A stretch of 63,895 nucleotides of DNA, the filler included, from Octopus bimaculoides (taxonomy: Eukaryota), in assembly GCF_001194135.2 (NCBI RefSeq). It is 5 parts of 5 records of this genome, joined end to end, with 100 filler letters (N's around TTAATTAATTAA, not from the genome) between each part and the next. Parts side by side here need not be neighbours in the genome. Positions count along the whole stretch, not along the records: positions 62,693 to 63,895 come from NC_068989.1; 4 more parts are not named here. One strand, given 5' to 3'. The notes beneath the pieces are model-generated. The model worked only from the letters and a program-made list of their open reading frames with translations, ran no database searches and was not told the origin of the DNA. Shown here piece by piece: positions 63,301 to 63,895 of this stretch; the first letter of the stretch is position 1; every line of letters starts with the position of its first letter. A program made the translations under genes and the position numbers.

Positions 63301-63895
63301 GACTGTGCGAACTCAAAAAGGAGAAACGGTGACGAATGGAAAAACAGAGGACTCCTTTTATTTAAACGTGTCACACGGTCGAACACAAAATTATATATCA
63401 ATGGATGATATACATAATATGTTATACGACGATAACATAGATGACCAGTAATGAAAGACCACAACTGTATAAGATGAATAACAGAGATATTTATTGTGGC
63501 GTAAAAGATGTATGTCTGTGTGAGAGTGCGAATGCGACATATAAGAACATAATCAAAGACAGGCCGTCATACAAAGAAAAGTATGTATGTGAGTGATACA
63601 TGTATGTGTACGTCAGTTATTACAGCAGATGGAAAGAGAGTCAATAACACGTGAGCAATTATACCAGTTCTTAGGTACACATTAGTATGAGTCTGTACGT
63701 GAAGTTAGTTGGCTGTGTGTGGCAGAGCTGATCACTAGTTGTGATGTCGTGGCATCGATGCCGGGCCGTGATTCTTGTTATACAGATGTTCGTCGCTGGC
63801 TGAGATCTCTTGTCTGTTTATTATCGTGGTGAAGCTGAGTCACCTAACAGAATCGAAGAGAGAGATGTGCCGCGGTGGTTTGGTCTGGTGTACAT

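Noticed and set aside
63700-63895. GC-richer segment at the window end with a TGAGTCA motif
   Set aside because: Truncated by the window edge; cannot tell an element terminus from regulatory DNA.

Overview
AT-rich, microsatellite-saturated animal genomic DNA with many N gaps. The SINE, LINE and mariner repertoire and the microsatellite load look like an octopus (coleoid cephalopod) genome; this is an inference. One well-supported protein-coding feature is present: a large first coding exon on the minus strand (53526-51672). It encodes about 590 aa of disordered sequence followed by the first half of a CD225/dispanin membrane domain and ends in a phase-1 GTAAGT donor; the remaining exon(s) could not be identified with confidence. 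The rest is mostly decayed mobile DNA: three tRNA-headed SINE families (several copies with target-site duplications), mariner/Tc1 relics, a hAT-type MITE, Penelope-like RT and GIY-YIG fragments, R4/Dong-like and Tx1-like LINE fragments. The best second-look candidates are (i) minimal type I hammerhead ribozyme motifs, two of them with near-complete cores and one sitting inside a fold-back element, (ii) a textbook recursive-splice-site motif (branch point, pyrimidine tract, AG|GTAAGT) at 2372, (iii) the unusually long dispanin protein with an overlapping uORF, and (iv) several orphan exon-like segments. Four 100-nt N44-TTAATTAATTAA-N44 blocks are artificial scaffold joins, so order and orientation across them are uncertain. 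I found no convincing evidence of a wholly new multi-gene system. Most ORFs in the supplied track are artefacts of microsatellites or N runs.
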